A stretch of 64,000 nucleotides of DNA from Vicugna vicugna (taxonomy: Eukaryota): positions 4,724 through 68,723 of the forward strand of contig MU058802.1 in assembly GCA_013265495.1 (NCBI GenBank), written 5' to 3'. Position numbers and translations under genes: made by a program. Of the stretch, positions 39,390 to 52,242 are shown piece by piece; positions within the stretch are counted from its first letter, which is position 1, and each line of letters begins with the position of its first letter. The notes beneath the pieces are model-generated. The model saw nothing but the letters and a program-made list of their open reading frames with translations, was not told the origin of the DNA and searched no databases.

Positions 39390-39875
39390 CCCATCAGTGT
39401 CTTACTCCTTATTACTAGAATCCCAAGTTTTAGGGGGAGACAAAGAGCCCAGATGAGTGATTTCCCAGGTTTCCATGAAACAAGGATTGGAAATGCAACA
39501 CACTTGTGACGAATAAGATGTGAGTGGAAGTCTACTGGTGGGGTTTGCAGATAACCTGATTTTTGTCCTCATTGAAAGGTACAGTGTCAGCTAGTGTGAA
39601 CATCTTGTGTTTCTTTGTCCTTCTTTACTCTCCTGGTTTGTGGTTTCTTTGCAATACTGGAAATCCCAGACTATTTTGTGAATCTGAGGAGGATGTACTG
39701 TAATGTCCATGGAAGGCAGGCAGAAAAGAAAGACAAAATGTACAAATATGTTGGTGAAATCGTCAAGTTCCATTGTCCATCCTGGACTGTTCATTCAATA
39801 CCAGGGCATTTGCTGTTTTGTGTGAAATAAAGAAATCCCTTTGATAAATCAGGTACCTGCAGAAGAAATTTGACG
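39390..39875 (+). mobile_element. Old MaLR/ERVL LTR (MLT1J/K or LTR16-like)
   Basis: AATAAGATGTGAGTGGAAGTCTACTGG...CCTGGACTG...TGTGAAATAAAGAAATCCCTT. Confidence 0.5.
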
Positions 39876-41409
39876 TTGGTATGTTGGTGCCCTAAATGTT
39901 CTATTCAAATATAGTAGGTATAGTCACATTAAAGAAAACACAATCTTTTTGGTCTTTTAATTTTGTTGTAGGAAGCAAATTTTTCTATTCTCCTTAAATG
40001 ACATCAGTAGCATCAGAATAAGTCAGTATTTGTTCTTTAAAAGTATGTTTATAAAGATTATGATAGTATCTGTAGTCTTATTTATAGGGCCCTAGTCCTC
40101 ACTACTTCCAGATTTTCTATAATTTTACCAGAGCCCGAATAGAAAGGGAGTGGTTGAAATGCAGATTTAGCACATAGATAAGTCCATTCCTGGCATAGTT
40201 AATTTTCTCCTGGAAAGTTTGCTGCTATATAGAAAATCTTTTTAAAAATCTGATGGAAGTAATTGATTGAGACATTCTCGATAGACTTAGACCAAAAAGT
40301 TTAATGGATTCAAATAATTTCAACTTAATTTCATCTCACTTTTGAATCATTTTTTGCATAGTCACAAAGCACTTTTTGATGAGAAAAGGTCATTTATAAG
40401 GAATGCGTTTACCCTGACATGTGCTTACCTTTGTTACGCTGATATTAATTTACTAATGAAAAACTTTAGAAGTAAGTGAACTGGAAATACGTAAGCTGAA
40501 ATCTGTTAGGCTTGAAATTACTATAATCAAGTCTCCATAGAAACGTAAATGCGCTTGAAATTCCTGAAAGTTTTGCAAGCTAGCTCCAGCAAAAATTAAG
40601 AAAATCATACATTGTTATTGAAAATACCAACTTGGGGTATTATTCTTGTATCTGTGTAGCATTCGGATACTCTTAATTCCAGCAAAATTTTCTTTGGTCT
40701 CTGTGATCCTTAGAGGGATATGTTATTTAAGATTCTGACATTAGAAGTTTTTTTAAAAGCTAAAGAAAAAAATGAATAAATAAAAAAGGAGGTTTTCTAA
40801 AAATTATTTTTTTATCATCAGACACCACACTTTTGATGCAGAAAAAGCAACAGTCATATTCAAGAGATTCCAAAGTAGAAAAAAATTATATGTAAAGTGC
40901 CTTTAGAACAGAGTGTGACATGGACCATATATAGCATGGCCATTTTGATAGCATTTAGACCACTGCAAATCTTTTCACATTATTTATAAAACCAATTACA
41001 TGCTGATTCAGAAATCACATTTCACCGCTTGCCTTGTCAGATTACCACATGATTAAGATCGGCAATGATTCTTTTCTCTCTTCCTAATCAAATGGTCTAG
41101 CCATTTTCCAAGGTCCAATGAGTGTGAAAAAATGAAGTTCACTGTCTTGGCAGTGATGTGCTTCATGCTTTTGCCATAAGTCCTCTTTTATGCTAGGCAA
41201 CCATGACCTCCATTCTAGGCTTTCCTGCTGATTCCTACTTTACTCCTGCCCTCACCACCTACAAACTCTGCCGTGTGCAAACTCTGCCGTGATAATTTCG
41301 TAACTCTAAGGAACAGTTTCAGAAAATCAGGTCTAACAAAAGATGCTTTGTCAACAACTCCTACAGACAGCATCGTCACTGCTGAGATTTTCTTTGACAG
41401 AACAAATGA

Positions 41410-41630
41410 CAGGGTCTGGACTCAGATTGCTTAAATTCAAATTTTTGTTCCACTCTGGCTGTGTGCACTTGGTCAAGTTCCTACATTTTTCTGTGACTTA
41501 CAACCTTTGACCATAAATTGAGGATAATAGTACTGCTTACTTTATAGGATTGTTGTAAGAACTGAATTATATAATATACATATAACTAAAACTAAAACTA
41601 GAAACATGGCTCTCACACCAACCATGTTAT
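41410..41630 (+). mobile_element. MIR SINE
   Basis: GTCTGGACTCAGATTGC...GCTGTGTGCACTTGGTCAAGTT...GAGGATAATAGTACTGCTTACTTTATAGGATTGTTGTAAGA. Confidence 0.75.
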
Positions 41631-43254
41631 TTTGCTGACTGTAACAGGACTATTACATTATTATAATATAAAATAGGAATAATCAGGTATTTTAATAATA
41701 CTAATGCCTTTATTATTTTGAAACAAATTCATATAAGACTCAGCCTGACACTTAATTAGTCTATGTGTTTGACTGAAATTGTGGGGATGCAAAATAGAAC
41801 ATAAAATAAATGTATGAACACAGAGCCACGCATGACCAAGAAAGGTGGCATGGCAAAGGGAGAAGCAACAGTTTTTAATTGTATGCTCTTAAGTTTCAAT
41901 ACCAGTCTTTCCTTCTGTGACTGGGTGACAGATATGCTACGTTATGTCTGAGAGCTTCTAAACTGAGGAGAATATCACTTGCCTTCTGTGTTGTGACACA
42001 GAATAAGACTTCCTTAATAGTATAGGTTATAATGTTTTTAACCTCATGCTTTGCTGTTTTCTTATTTCCTGGCCGCTTGCTTTGCGCATTCTGACCCTAG
42101 CCTCAAGATATCTGGTGGGTAAACCGTCAGACTATTTTCTTTACTTATTGTATATATTTGCCTTATATTGCAATCGATAACACTGTGTACACCCCTCTAA
42201 CTGATCCTTTTAAAATGTTTTCCTTTGATTTCATAACATGGGGAACAAATGGCTAAATTCATTCCATGGTATTTTATTTAAAAAGACAATTTTACTTAAA
42301 ATGAGAATTTTAAATATATGCTTAATATGAAGGAAGGATACTAAAATGTAACGCATACATATTGATTATGTGCCAGGCATTTTAAATTCACCATCCTGTT
42401 TTGACGTTTAGAGAAATACTTACAAAGCTCTTAGAAGTTGGGAATACCAACATGCAGTTTTTTCAATACTTTTAATTAACAAGTGATTAATAAATTACTT
42501 TTTATAGGAGTATTTCTTTGTTAGTTTAGCATGTTATGTTGAATTCTGATTTGATTCTGCACTATTCAGAAAGATTGCAAAGAAGATATGTAGGAATGAT
42601 TTTCTCTTTAAGAAAAATAACCTCATAAGAGAACTCAGAGGCTAGATGTGTAAAAGAAAATGTAGACATTGCTCAGTCCACTCAATATAGGAAAATCAGA
42701 AGAAATATTTTCACCACCAAGGCATGTGTCCACTTGTTGACAGAGGTAACAGAAGCAGAAACATACTAGAGAATCTTAGTGGAAAAGAAGCAGCAGGCTT
42801 AAACATACCACACCTTTGAATCATTTCTCAAAAGACATGTCACATAAATCTACCATTCATTTTGTTCAAACACAAGACAAAAATTCACTAAAACATTTTT
42901 GATATGAAAAGGCAAGATTGTATAATTTTGTCTTTTTCTCCTCATGTGAATAGTCATTCTCCCAAAGAATGTCTGGTGTAATCTAGTATTAAAATGATCC
43001 AAATTTATGTGTACCATATGCTTTGGATCTGCTTTATGGTAAAGGCTGAAAATTATTGCAGCAGAGTGGTGATTTGTGTTCACTCGGTACATCCTCCACT
43101 AGCTCAAGGAAAGGGCTGCATCTGCTAAGGACTAAAACTGAGTGAGCTCAGTCACCTGCAAGCACAGGAATTAAAATGACTGCCATCCTAAGACATTGAA
43201 AAGGGATATTTCGTCTACTTTTCTCAAGGATTTTGCAATTTTGTGCCTTAATTC

Positions 43255-43267
43255 TGCCACCTGCTGG
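43255..43267 (-). promoter_or_regulatory. Candidate CTCF-binding site
   Basis: Minus strand CCAGCAGGTGGCA is an exact fit to the CTCF core CCASYAGRKGGCR and lies in non-repeat sequence. Confidence 0.55.
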
Positions 43268-45289
43268 TATGATATAAAACTGAACAGAGCTGACAGAACA
43301 GATTTCAATGTGAATTTTGAAGGAAACATAAAATTAAGTTTCAAGTTACCTTGATAAAGGTAGCTCATGTTTTGTCAGGAAAGTGAATGGGTTTTCTTAG
43401 AATTTATGCTTCTTTTAAAAATTATGTAAGTAGATTTAATGGAAGAAAATAAAGAATGTGTTTTTAACATCAATAATTTCCTATTTTCCATAACTGCTTT
43501 ACGGACTTGATGTTAAAATAAAAAAATTTTCCTATCAGGAACTCAGAAAAATATGCATAGTAACAAGTCATTTTATAGGAGATTCAGGTAATAAATACAA
43601 GTGTGGCTTGAAAAATTGTCACCTTAAAGAAATAATTCTTGGTTTTTTGCAGCTTCTTGGATTCTCACGCCTTCTAGGCAAATGTGGGCCAGGGAATGTA
43701 GCCAGGGTGGAGTCATGTGACAAGAAGCTATTGTATTGTTGCTATACAATGATCGTACACAAGAGGAGCTAAATCTGCTGACAAAAATTATAGGGACACT
43801 ATAATTATGGTTTGCAAGGAAACCTATATGATTATAATTTGAGGAATTTAAAGAAATTGTGGGGTTTTTTTTTTCAAATTTGAGGACAAAATCTTTGTCT
43901 CATGAAAACTGATTCTTCTTCCCTTTCAGGAGAGCAAAGACAATTATATACTCAAAAACATAATTAGTGTAATACTGATTAAAGGCAAAAGGCATTTAAA
44001 AGGCTGCTTATTAGTCATGCATTTTTTCATTATGTCAAGAGAAATATCTTAGGAAAGGACAAAAAAGTTAAAATTCAAGGAATTAAAAAATGTATTCAGT
44101 GTAGCTTATGCCTTGTTTTTCTAGCATTTTACCCAAATTAAAATTGTTCGCACTGACTAAATCAAAGTTTGTTAAATATATTTGTAGAGGCTGTTCCATT
44201 TTCTCTGGTAGTTTTGCAGAAAGGAGAGCCTGGGGTGATGGCTTCTTTGACAGCACTCTAGGTAGCAGTGGAGCCCAGGGAAGGAGTAGAGTGACACAAT
44301 GTAAATGTTACTTATAGGTCATAAAACTTTGAAAAGTAGTACGTTTCAAATAATCATCCAGATATTTGTCTGGAGGAGGTATCTGAGCATCTGATTGTCA
44401 TTTGTAAGTAGGGTTATGAAAAGGGAAATTCCTAGACAGACCAACAAAATAATGGCTGAAGTTTTTTGTTTGTGTATTTGTTGGTTTGTGTTTAATGTGT
44501 GTGTGTGTTAACTCAGAAATAAACATTTAAATTAAGGATGGAAAAGAAATGTCAACTTTCTGTTACTTTTAAATTACTAAATATGAAGTTGAAAAAAATC
44601 ATAAATATATATGGTTTCACATAATGGTTACCAATCAAATTGCTAATATTTTTTTCTATTTTCATGTGTTCTTTTTCATTTGTTTGTGTCACATCTGCAT
44701 AAATATAGAATTTTAGAACTTAATATCCTACTCCTATCACTGCTATATGACTGCCACCAATTTTGCTCTCTCGTTTCAGTTCACTGCATTCACGATTTAC
44801 CAACAATGACTCTGAAGTCCCCCAAATTCATTATTAATGCCAATTATTGCTGGAGGGAGGCCATTAATGGGAGTTCAGGTGATTTCCGAAAGTATTATGT
44901 GCATTAAATGTTTCTCCATATATGTACCAAGACAATCAAGGCTTGATGTTCAAAGAGAGATGTTCAAAGAGGGTCTTGTCTAATGGTTCCTTCTTTATTT
45001 CTGTCCAAGATAGTAGCCTGGTCTCCTTTGGTGTATGAAATACTGGCCACAGTCTGTGACAGCATCATCATCTTTTTGTCTCTGGAAGTCAGGAGGGCTC
45101 TTTTCTTCAAATTTTTGGGAATATTCTGTTATGCAAAGAGTCTAGAAATGTTGCCTGTATTCTTTCAAATGCCATTTTAATTCTTGTAGCTTTCTTTTGT
45201 GAAGTCCTGTGTCTAGACTCAAACACAATGCATGGAACTAGGGCAGGAATATAGTTTGAATGGATATAGTCTAAGTTCTGTTCATAACA

Positions 45290-46250
45290 ATGTCCATTGC
45301 AAATTGATCATCAGAGTAAACAATGTCACAATAGACTCTATACTCATTAAATAAAACAAAAAAGGAAAAGAAGAAAGAATCTTCCTTATAGCAGGACACA
45401 AAATTTTACATATACACACGTACAGGCACATGCACACATAACACAGATACACATATATCAGAAAATCCTCAAATACAGGTGAAGTGAGGGCTAAAGTTTG
45501 ATGAGGAACAGAGTATTCATATACTCTTACGTGAGATACTTATCAATTAGTTACAATTGTTAATAACTTTACAGAGGATAAAGCACCTCTTTAACCGAGT
45601 GATCAAAGCTAACATTACCAATACGGGAAAAAATGACATCATGCGTTTTCAGATACAAGGTGCTCAGAAGGATACAACATGGATGATGGGTGTGCTTGAC
45701 AAAGAGCATAATGTGAACCTAATCATTTGGAAACATCAGACAAAGCCATTTTAGAGACACTGTACAAAATAACTGGCCTGTACTTTTCAACAATGTCGAA
45801 GTCAAGAAATAGAAATAATGGCCATGAAACTGTTCCAGATTAAAGGAGGCTAAAGAGATATGACAACTAAATACCTTGTGTGATCTTGTACCGTATCCTG
45901 GGAAGGAAACATTACCTGTAAAGGTCATTATTCAGACAGTTGATCTTGAAATATGAGCTGTAGACTATCTGATTGTATTATTTGCTAACTTTTAAAACTC
46001 CTGAGGTTATATAAAAGAATTCTCTTTTTCCTTGAAAAATGCAAACTGAAGTGTTTGAGGGTAAAGGGGCACAATACTTCCATCATGTTCTAAATATCTG
46101 CAACATATGTACATTTATTAAAAATATAAAACAAATGAGACAAACTGTGAATAGTTAAAATTTAGATAAAGTTATATGGAAATTCATTGTTCTATGGTTA
46201 TAATTTCCAGGTAAGTTTAAAGTTACATCAAGTCAATAGCTTTTAAAAAT
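45290..46250 (+). mobile_element. L1MC4-like 3' UTR
   Basis: TTAACCGAGTGATCAAAGCTAACATTACCAAT...GGAAACATCAGACAAA...ACAAAATAACTGGCCTGTACTTTTCAA...AAACTGTTCCAGATTAAAGGAGGCTAAAGAGATATGACAACTAAAT. Confidence 0.88.
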
Positions 46251-46629
46251 AACTTCCCTTCTTATACACCATTTCATACTGGCTTGTTGTCCTCGGCAAA
46301 AACTTTGGGAACCTTGGTTTTCTCTTCTCTTAAAATATTCCCAGAAGGCACTCTGATCCTTCATTTAACTAGACCTCTAGAAATCTGGGCATATAGGCCC
46401 TCCCTATAAAACATTTATGTGCATACTGTGAGCAAAATTTGGCTCAATCAATATTGCCACTGGCTTTCTCACACACATTAATAATCTGGCCCTGTTATGT
46501 ATATTGATATGCAAAGAGCAAACATTTCCATGGCACTTTGAATGAAATAATAAAAAAGTGGGAGGACTATACTACTTGAAACTAATGAATACCTGGGGGT
46601 CATTTAGATCTCTTGCACTCAGAGACACA

Positions 46630-46860
46630 AATCCATATCCAAAGTATTTATTTCAGTAAGTACAAAATGCTGCTCCCTTCAGAACGGAAGCAGTCCGGTG
46701 TAAATAACCTGCCTTCAGGTAGGTTGCCCATCCCCCTGAGGAAGGATGTCTATGGGGGGCTCAGTGTTGGTCTTTACTGCTGACAGATTAGGTACTCAGC
46801 AGCTGGCCTTGGTGAATGGAAGTCCATGTTGCTGGGTCCATGCATAACTTCCATTCCCAC
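46630..46860 (-). mobile_element. ERVL/MaLR internal (integrase) remnant without adjacent LTRs
   Basis: Frameshifted translation GNGSYAWTQQHGLPFTKA / AAEYLICQQ*RPTLSP / T*RQVIYTGLLPF*REQHFVLTEINT matches the ERVL integrase N-terminus. Confidence 0.85.
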
Positions 46861-47379
46861 AAGTGGAAATATTGATAGAGCTAAAATTTCTCTAATCTAT
46901 TCCAGATTTGATGCACCTCTCTCTAAAATTCACCCATTGGATGTAAATTAGGCAGATGCAACATTCCAGTTGTGCTAAATGGTAACTTTCATGGAGAAAT
47001 GTTGCAAGAAAAAAAAAAACAACAGCTCAAAAATTAACGTTGAAATCAATTAATATTTCATAGTAAACGTTTTATTCACTCTATGTGTTATATTTGAAAA
47101 TTAATATTAAGGAGAAATATACAATTTAATTAATGCTTTCTGATGCCTACATAAAGAATGATAATGCGGAGAAGTTGTACAAAGAGTGAATAAAAATAAG
47201 TCAACTTTACTATCAACTATTTTTCTGGATTTTCATTTTAGTAATCTATTTTGTACTATGCATGCATACATCAGATTATTTTAAAACCCTTCAGTGTATT
47301 TTAATTTAATTTACCTTTATGATATTTTAAATTTTTTTATTAAAAAGTGATTTAAGACAGCATCATAAAACAAAAACAT

Positions 47380-47600
47380 GCTCTGTCATGTTTATCAGCC
47401 TCTAGGACTTTTCGCTTACGTTAGCTCATGAATTTCCCACAAAAATGTTTGAAGTCAGAATTCTCATTACTATTTAAAATAATAACCCTGAACTACAGAG
47501 AACTCAATTAAATTGTTGAGTTTTACACAAGCATGTTAGTGACAGAATTCTAACTCAGGTCTTTTTATCTCCACTGAACCTTCCATTTTAGCATCCATGT
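47380..47600 (-). mobile_element. MIR SINE (decayed)
   Basis: TTAGCTCATGAATTTCCCACAA...TTAGTGACAGAATTC...AACTCAGGTCTT. Confidence 0.5.
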
Positions 47601-48621
47601 GACTAAAAAAGTACTCATATTTAAAATTACTGCTTTTTTAGTATTTATATCTACAAACAGCAGTGTTGTTTTTATATTTATAGCAAAATACTTCTCATAT
47701 GCTACTGACTCCTCACTAATATATTTTTCTCTAAAATTGCAGTTTTCCTGGTGAAATATTAAACCTCATCATTCGGAGATTTCAGATCAAATTTTTTTAA
47801 ATGTACAATATTCCCATTTAATAATATACTGTCATATATTCACTTATACATTTAACAGTACAGTTTAATCAAATTCAGTACTCACAGACCTATATATTGT
47901 TAATAAGTTACCATGCTCCTACAAAAAGCAATATTTATCTATTTGATTAGGCCAAAGAGAACTAACAACATTGTGTGTTTGTTGAGGGAAGCTACAAAAT
48001 GTGTACACTACTCAGGTGCAGGTTATATATAAAAATGGTGAATATATGACTCATGTATAAGCGGAATTTTTTTTTAAAGCTTTGCCCCAAAATTGGCATT
48101 TTAAATGTCTCTGATGTTCCAGCAAATATCTGCACTTTCTATACTCTGGTGCCAACGATAACATGGTGTGCATTACGTCAGTTCCAGAGAGTGCCTTGCA
48201 GTTTTACGTCCACTTGCTTTTTAATATTAGTTCTCCTTAATTTTTGGATGGTTTATTCACTTTCATCTTAGGTGAAAAGGATGCTATTTTCCTTAAGTTT
48301 GAGTTCTAAATACTTGCCTTGGAAGCCAACCCTAGACTGAGTCATTGGGCTGTTATTTGAATTAATTTCACAAAGTCTGTCATCCAGCATCAACCTCAGG
48401 GTTGCTCTCAGTATTTACTAAGGCAGCTGGAGGAAAAGCATTTTTCACAATTACAATCAGAATGGTAATTTGTGATTCAAAGAGGAAGATGACTTTGATG
48501 TGAAAAGCTAAGGTGTGCATTTCCTGAGGTTGTTTATAACTTCCAAATTTGTTTGAAATATCCGGGCATTGAACCAAGGATCATTTCCCAATTTGAACTT
48601 AGACGTAGGTAGTTGAAGTCA

Positions 48622-48707
48622 TTTTTTTTTTTAATGGAGTTACCAGGCTTGAACCCAGGACCTTGCACATGCTAAGCACATGCTCTACCACTGAGTTTTA
48701 CCCCCAC
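48622..48707 (-). mobile_element. tRNA(Ala)-derived camelid SINE (vic-1-type)
   Basis: Minus strand GGTGGGGGTAAAACTCAGTGGTAGAGCATGTGCTTAGCATGTGCAAGGTCCTGGGTTCAAGCCTGG...A11 with A and B boxes; probable TSD CATTTT at 48620 and 48708. Confidence 0.88.
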
Positions 48708-51700
48708 CATTTTGTTTTTATTTTCTCAACAGTTTTATTCTTTGATCCAATAGGTGAAATATATGTTTATACATGATCTTATCCATCTGAATAGAATACT
48801 CTTGGTTTGAATTTTGTGTAATTACTACTGTCTGAGAAAGTTATGTTAAGCATTGTGCAAAATGTTGCAAAGATGTGAGTCACAAACTGATACTATTATT
48901 TTCCCTTTATTATCCCTTAGCACTCTGCCTTAGTTTATGTTATTACATTAATCATCTGGCATGGACATAGATCCTAAAACATTTCAACACCTTAAAGAGA
49001 ACTTTCATTTCCTATTTTCTTATCTGCTTGTAGGGGTTAATATTTATCAGACTTTCCATTTCATCATAACCAACAAGTGATAAAAATGTCCTTAAATTAT
49101 ACTTTATGACAGTGAATTATCCACAAGACAATTTAAATGCAATTTGTTGTGCAGAAAATATTTCCCTTAAAAATGTTAATTGATCTCAGTGTTCAGACAT
49201 TAATTTAAAAACACAGTGCTATGTAATCAAGGCTGCGTAGACCCTGCTCATATTGTCTCTGAGATATGATTATTTCTCTGTAGTATAATGATGTCTAATG
49301 AAAATCAAAAGTCCTAAGGACATAGTAACATAATGAATTTTCAGCTGGAAATAAAACTTGTAAAATGGAGATTATAGGAATGTTTAGTCCTTTTGGAAGG
49401 AGGAAAAAGAAACACAAACTAAGAGTTTCACTGGGGAGTAACATGATAATTTCACACATTTTTGAAAAATACTTGTTTGCTTTTTGTACTTAATTGATAT
49501 CTACTTTAATTGTTTAATTCAGTACAGCTGTCAGAAAAAAATATACTGAGGATTTTGGAGGAAAATCATTTATACTCTTTAATAATTATATCAGTAGGTG
49601 TGCTACTAAGATTATTTTAGATTAAACTTTCTGTGAGGGAACTTATTAATGACTTGGAGAAGAAGTAAAGCTAATCACTTTATTACTCTATTTTGAAAAC
49701 TATTCTCAGTCAAACTGATTGTAACTTTGAATCGTGAATACAAAATTTGAATATATATTAAGAAATGCATAGGAAGTCAAATATATACATTTGTTTTCCC
49801 AGATTATTAATATAATTTGAAGTAAAATATAATACCTGCTAGAAGGAATTATAAGACATACTACACTAGACGTGACAGTATAAGTAAATAAAATTTAAGT
49901 GTTTACTTCAAAAATATTGAGACATTCAAATATTATGTATATATGTAATTTGAAATGTATATGAAAGATATCAAGTATGAACTTTAAATATAAATAATTA
50001 TAACTGCAAATAAAAATATAACTTATTATTAAGCATTTTGGTTAAACAGTAACTCAACATTTCATAATCTCTTTTGATTTAGAATGAATTTATATTTATA
50101 TTGTGGTACTTGAAATAAAATAATTAAAACTGGTTCTTTGGTGCTAACCTGAGTTTAATTTTCTAAGAATTAATATTACTCGAATCAGTTGTACCAGACT
50201 ACAAGAATAAAAAACTACAAATAATTAAGGGGAGTTCATTTGATTGCCTTTATATTAATTTTTCAAAAACAATTTTTGGAATCATCTTTTAAGTTGATAA
50301 CCTTTATGACCAAATTTTCCAGCTTCCTTTGTTTGTGCTTGCATTGTGTAAAATAACTCCCAGTATATTAGAGAGGATTTACAAGTGTGAAGATTAATTT
50401 TTTTTATCATTTAACTAAAATGAAAATGTCAATTTCCAATTTAACTTAAGAACTAGAGTTGCATTTGACCCTTTATCCATAGCTTGGAATGGAGAGTTAC
50501 TATTCTTTGGAAAAGTAATTCAAACACTATATCAAACAAAAAGTTTATCACCCTAATTCTCTTTTTGTGTGAAATCTGTTATGTCCACCAAAAAAGACAG
50601 ATATTTCCTCTTAATACTTACAGATGAGAGGAAAATTTATTTGAAACCAGTAACTAGAGTAAAGATGGGTAGTGAGATTAATTACCAGTGAGCAGGGCAA
50701 GAGGCAAGAGCTCAGGTTGTTTTTCACCCAGGAGATAATTCAACATGCAGATATGCAGATGACAAGTGATACTTTGAAATGAAAATGAATGTTACATAAA
50801 CTATATTTCAGCAATAGTTTGGCCAATAAATAATAACGTTGGGAACGGTATTTAAATCTGCAAGCGAGGTACCTCTAGAAACTTTACTAATATAAGAAGA
50901 GATGGTCTTCCCAAGGAAGATGAGTAGAGCAAAAGCAATTCCACTTTCGGAATCAGAGAACCAGACATGCCAACAACGCCTGACTTTACATAGTAAAAGG
51001 TAGCTAGCTAAGCATTTAAATGAGATTATAACATACCGCCTAGGTCAATAAGTAAAAGACATGGTTTATTAACATTGTCTAAGTGGGACTAAGAGAAATG
51101 TTGACTTGAAAGTTTACTGTGGTACTGATCCACCCAATTCTCCCCCTCTCTCCTCCCACCCCCGTACCACGTAGGCTCTTAATTTGTTTCTAAGTTTTGA
51201 AACAAAGTTAATGCTCCTTAGTGCTAGGTACACAGTAAGATTTAATAATAATATTTTCCATTTGGGAGATTGTCAGAACAGTTGTAAATAAGTGAAGAAA
51301 AAGAAAGAGAGCTATCCAGTTATGAAAAATATTTAGCTACAGAGTACAACCATTTTCCTGAGTTTATCTATGTGTCCTGGAAAATAGCTGTGTTCCTTAT
51401 TTAAAGTCAGGTGTTACTTCCATTCATTATGCATTTTGAAGTGATATTTTGATATTTAACATTTTGGTAATTAAATACTATTTTATTTTGTACTATTGTT
51501 TTTACTTAGTTTGTCAATTAATAACCAACGGTTACTTTCAGTAGTAATTAGCGCTATATACAATTAGCGCTAATGCAATTCTTTAATTCATGAATAGTGA
51601 TGCACATACCAAGTAATAATGAGGCTTCTAATCAGTAAGTGATTAATTATGTTAATCTCTATGATAAATAGAAATACATAGCACAATGCATACAATCAAA

Positions 51701-51781
51701 ATTCCATTCATTATGAGCTATTTTTAATGTGTCTCCAACATTTTTTAAGTTAGTTACTAATGAAATCTTTAGCAATACAAA

Positions 51782-51925
51782 TGTTGACTGAAAAAAAAAA
51801 AAAGCACAATCTAAAAGTTGAGAGTTGCATTTTATTTGTTGGGCATTTCTGAGGACTTAAGCCCAGGGTACAGCCTCACAGATAGCGCTGAGAAACTGCT
51901 CCAAAGAGGAGGAGGAGAGTAGGAG
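51782..51925 (-). mobile_element. ERV1 LTR 3' end (MER41-like Laurasiatherian family)
   Basis: TGTTGACTGAAAAA...GCACAATCTAAAAGTTGAGAG...TTTTATTTG...CTGAGGACTTAAGCCCAGG...CAGATAGCGCTGAGAAACTGCTCC. Confidence 0.7.
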
Positions 51926-52040
51926 CTCTGGTCTCTTTTTTCTTCTTATATGGACAATAATCCCATCATAGGGGCCCTATCTTTACAACCTTATCTAAAT
52001 CTAATAAACTTCCAAAGCTCTCACTTCCAAGTACCCTCTC
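51925..52040 (-). mobile_element. MLT1A/B-like LTR fragment
   Basis: CTCTGGTCTCTTTTTTCTTCTTATATGGACAATAATCCCATCAT...ATCTAAATCTAAT...CCAAAG. Confidence 0.65.
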
Positions 52041-52041
52041 C

Positions 52042-52165
52042 CACCATCCCCAGTGGTGCACCCTGAGGGAACTCAGGATGAGAAAGACAGGTTACTGGTC
52101 CTGAATAGCTAGGTGAGTATCAAAGGAAGATTTCAGTGAGTCCCGACTTTTGCACCTTCCCATAC
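52042..52165 (+). mobile_element. Artiodactyl-type ERV1 LTR fragment
   Basis: GTGGTGCACCCTGAGGGAACTCAGGATG...ATCAAAGGAAGATTTCAGTGAG...GCACCTTCCCATAC. Confidence 0.55.
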
Positions 52166-52242
52166 TCCTCCATGCTCCTACAGTGAGAAGATGGCCGCCT
52201 GCAAGACAGGAACAGAATCAGCTGGCACCTTGGTCTTGCACA
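52166..52242 (+). mobile_element. MLT1A-like LTR fragment
   Basis: ACAGTGAGAAGATGGCCGCCTGCAAG...AATCAGCTGGCACCTTGGTCTTG. Confidence 0.65.

Noticed and set aside
34924..44971. Short two-copy tandem duplications (34924-34955, 41262-41291, 44945-44971) as CRISPR-like or functional arrays
   Set aside because: Only two copies each, 13-15 bp, unrelated to one another; ordinary slippage duplications.
48622..48707. tRNA-Ala gene
   Set aside because: A-tail, TSD, degenerate A box and acceptor stem indicate a SINE.
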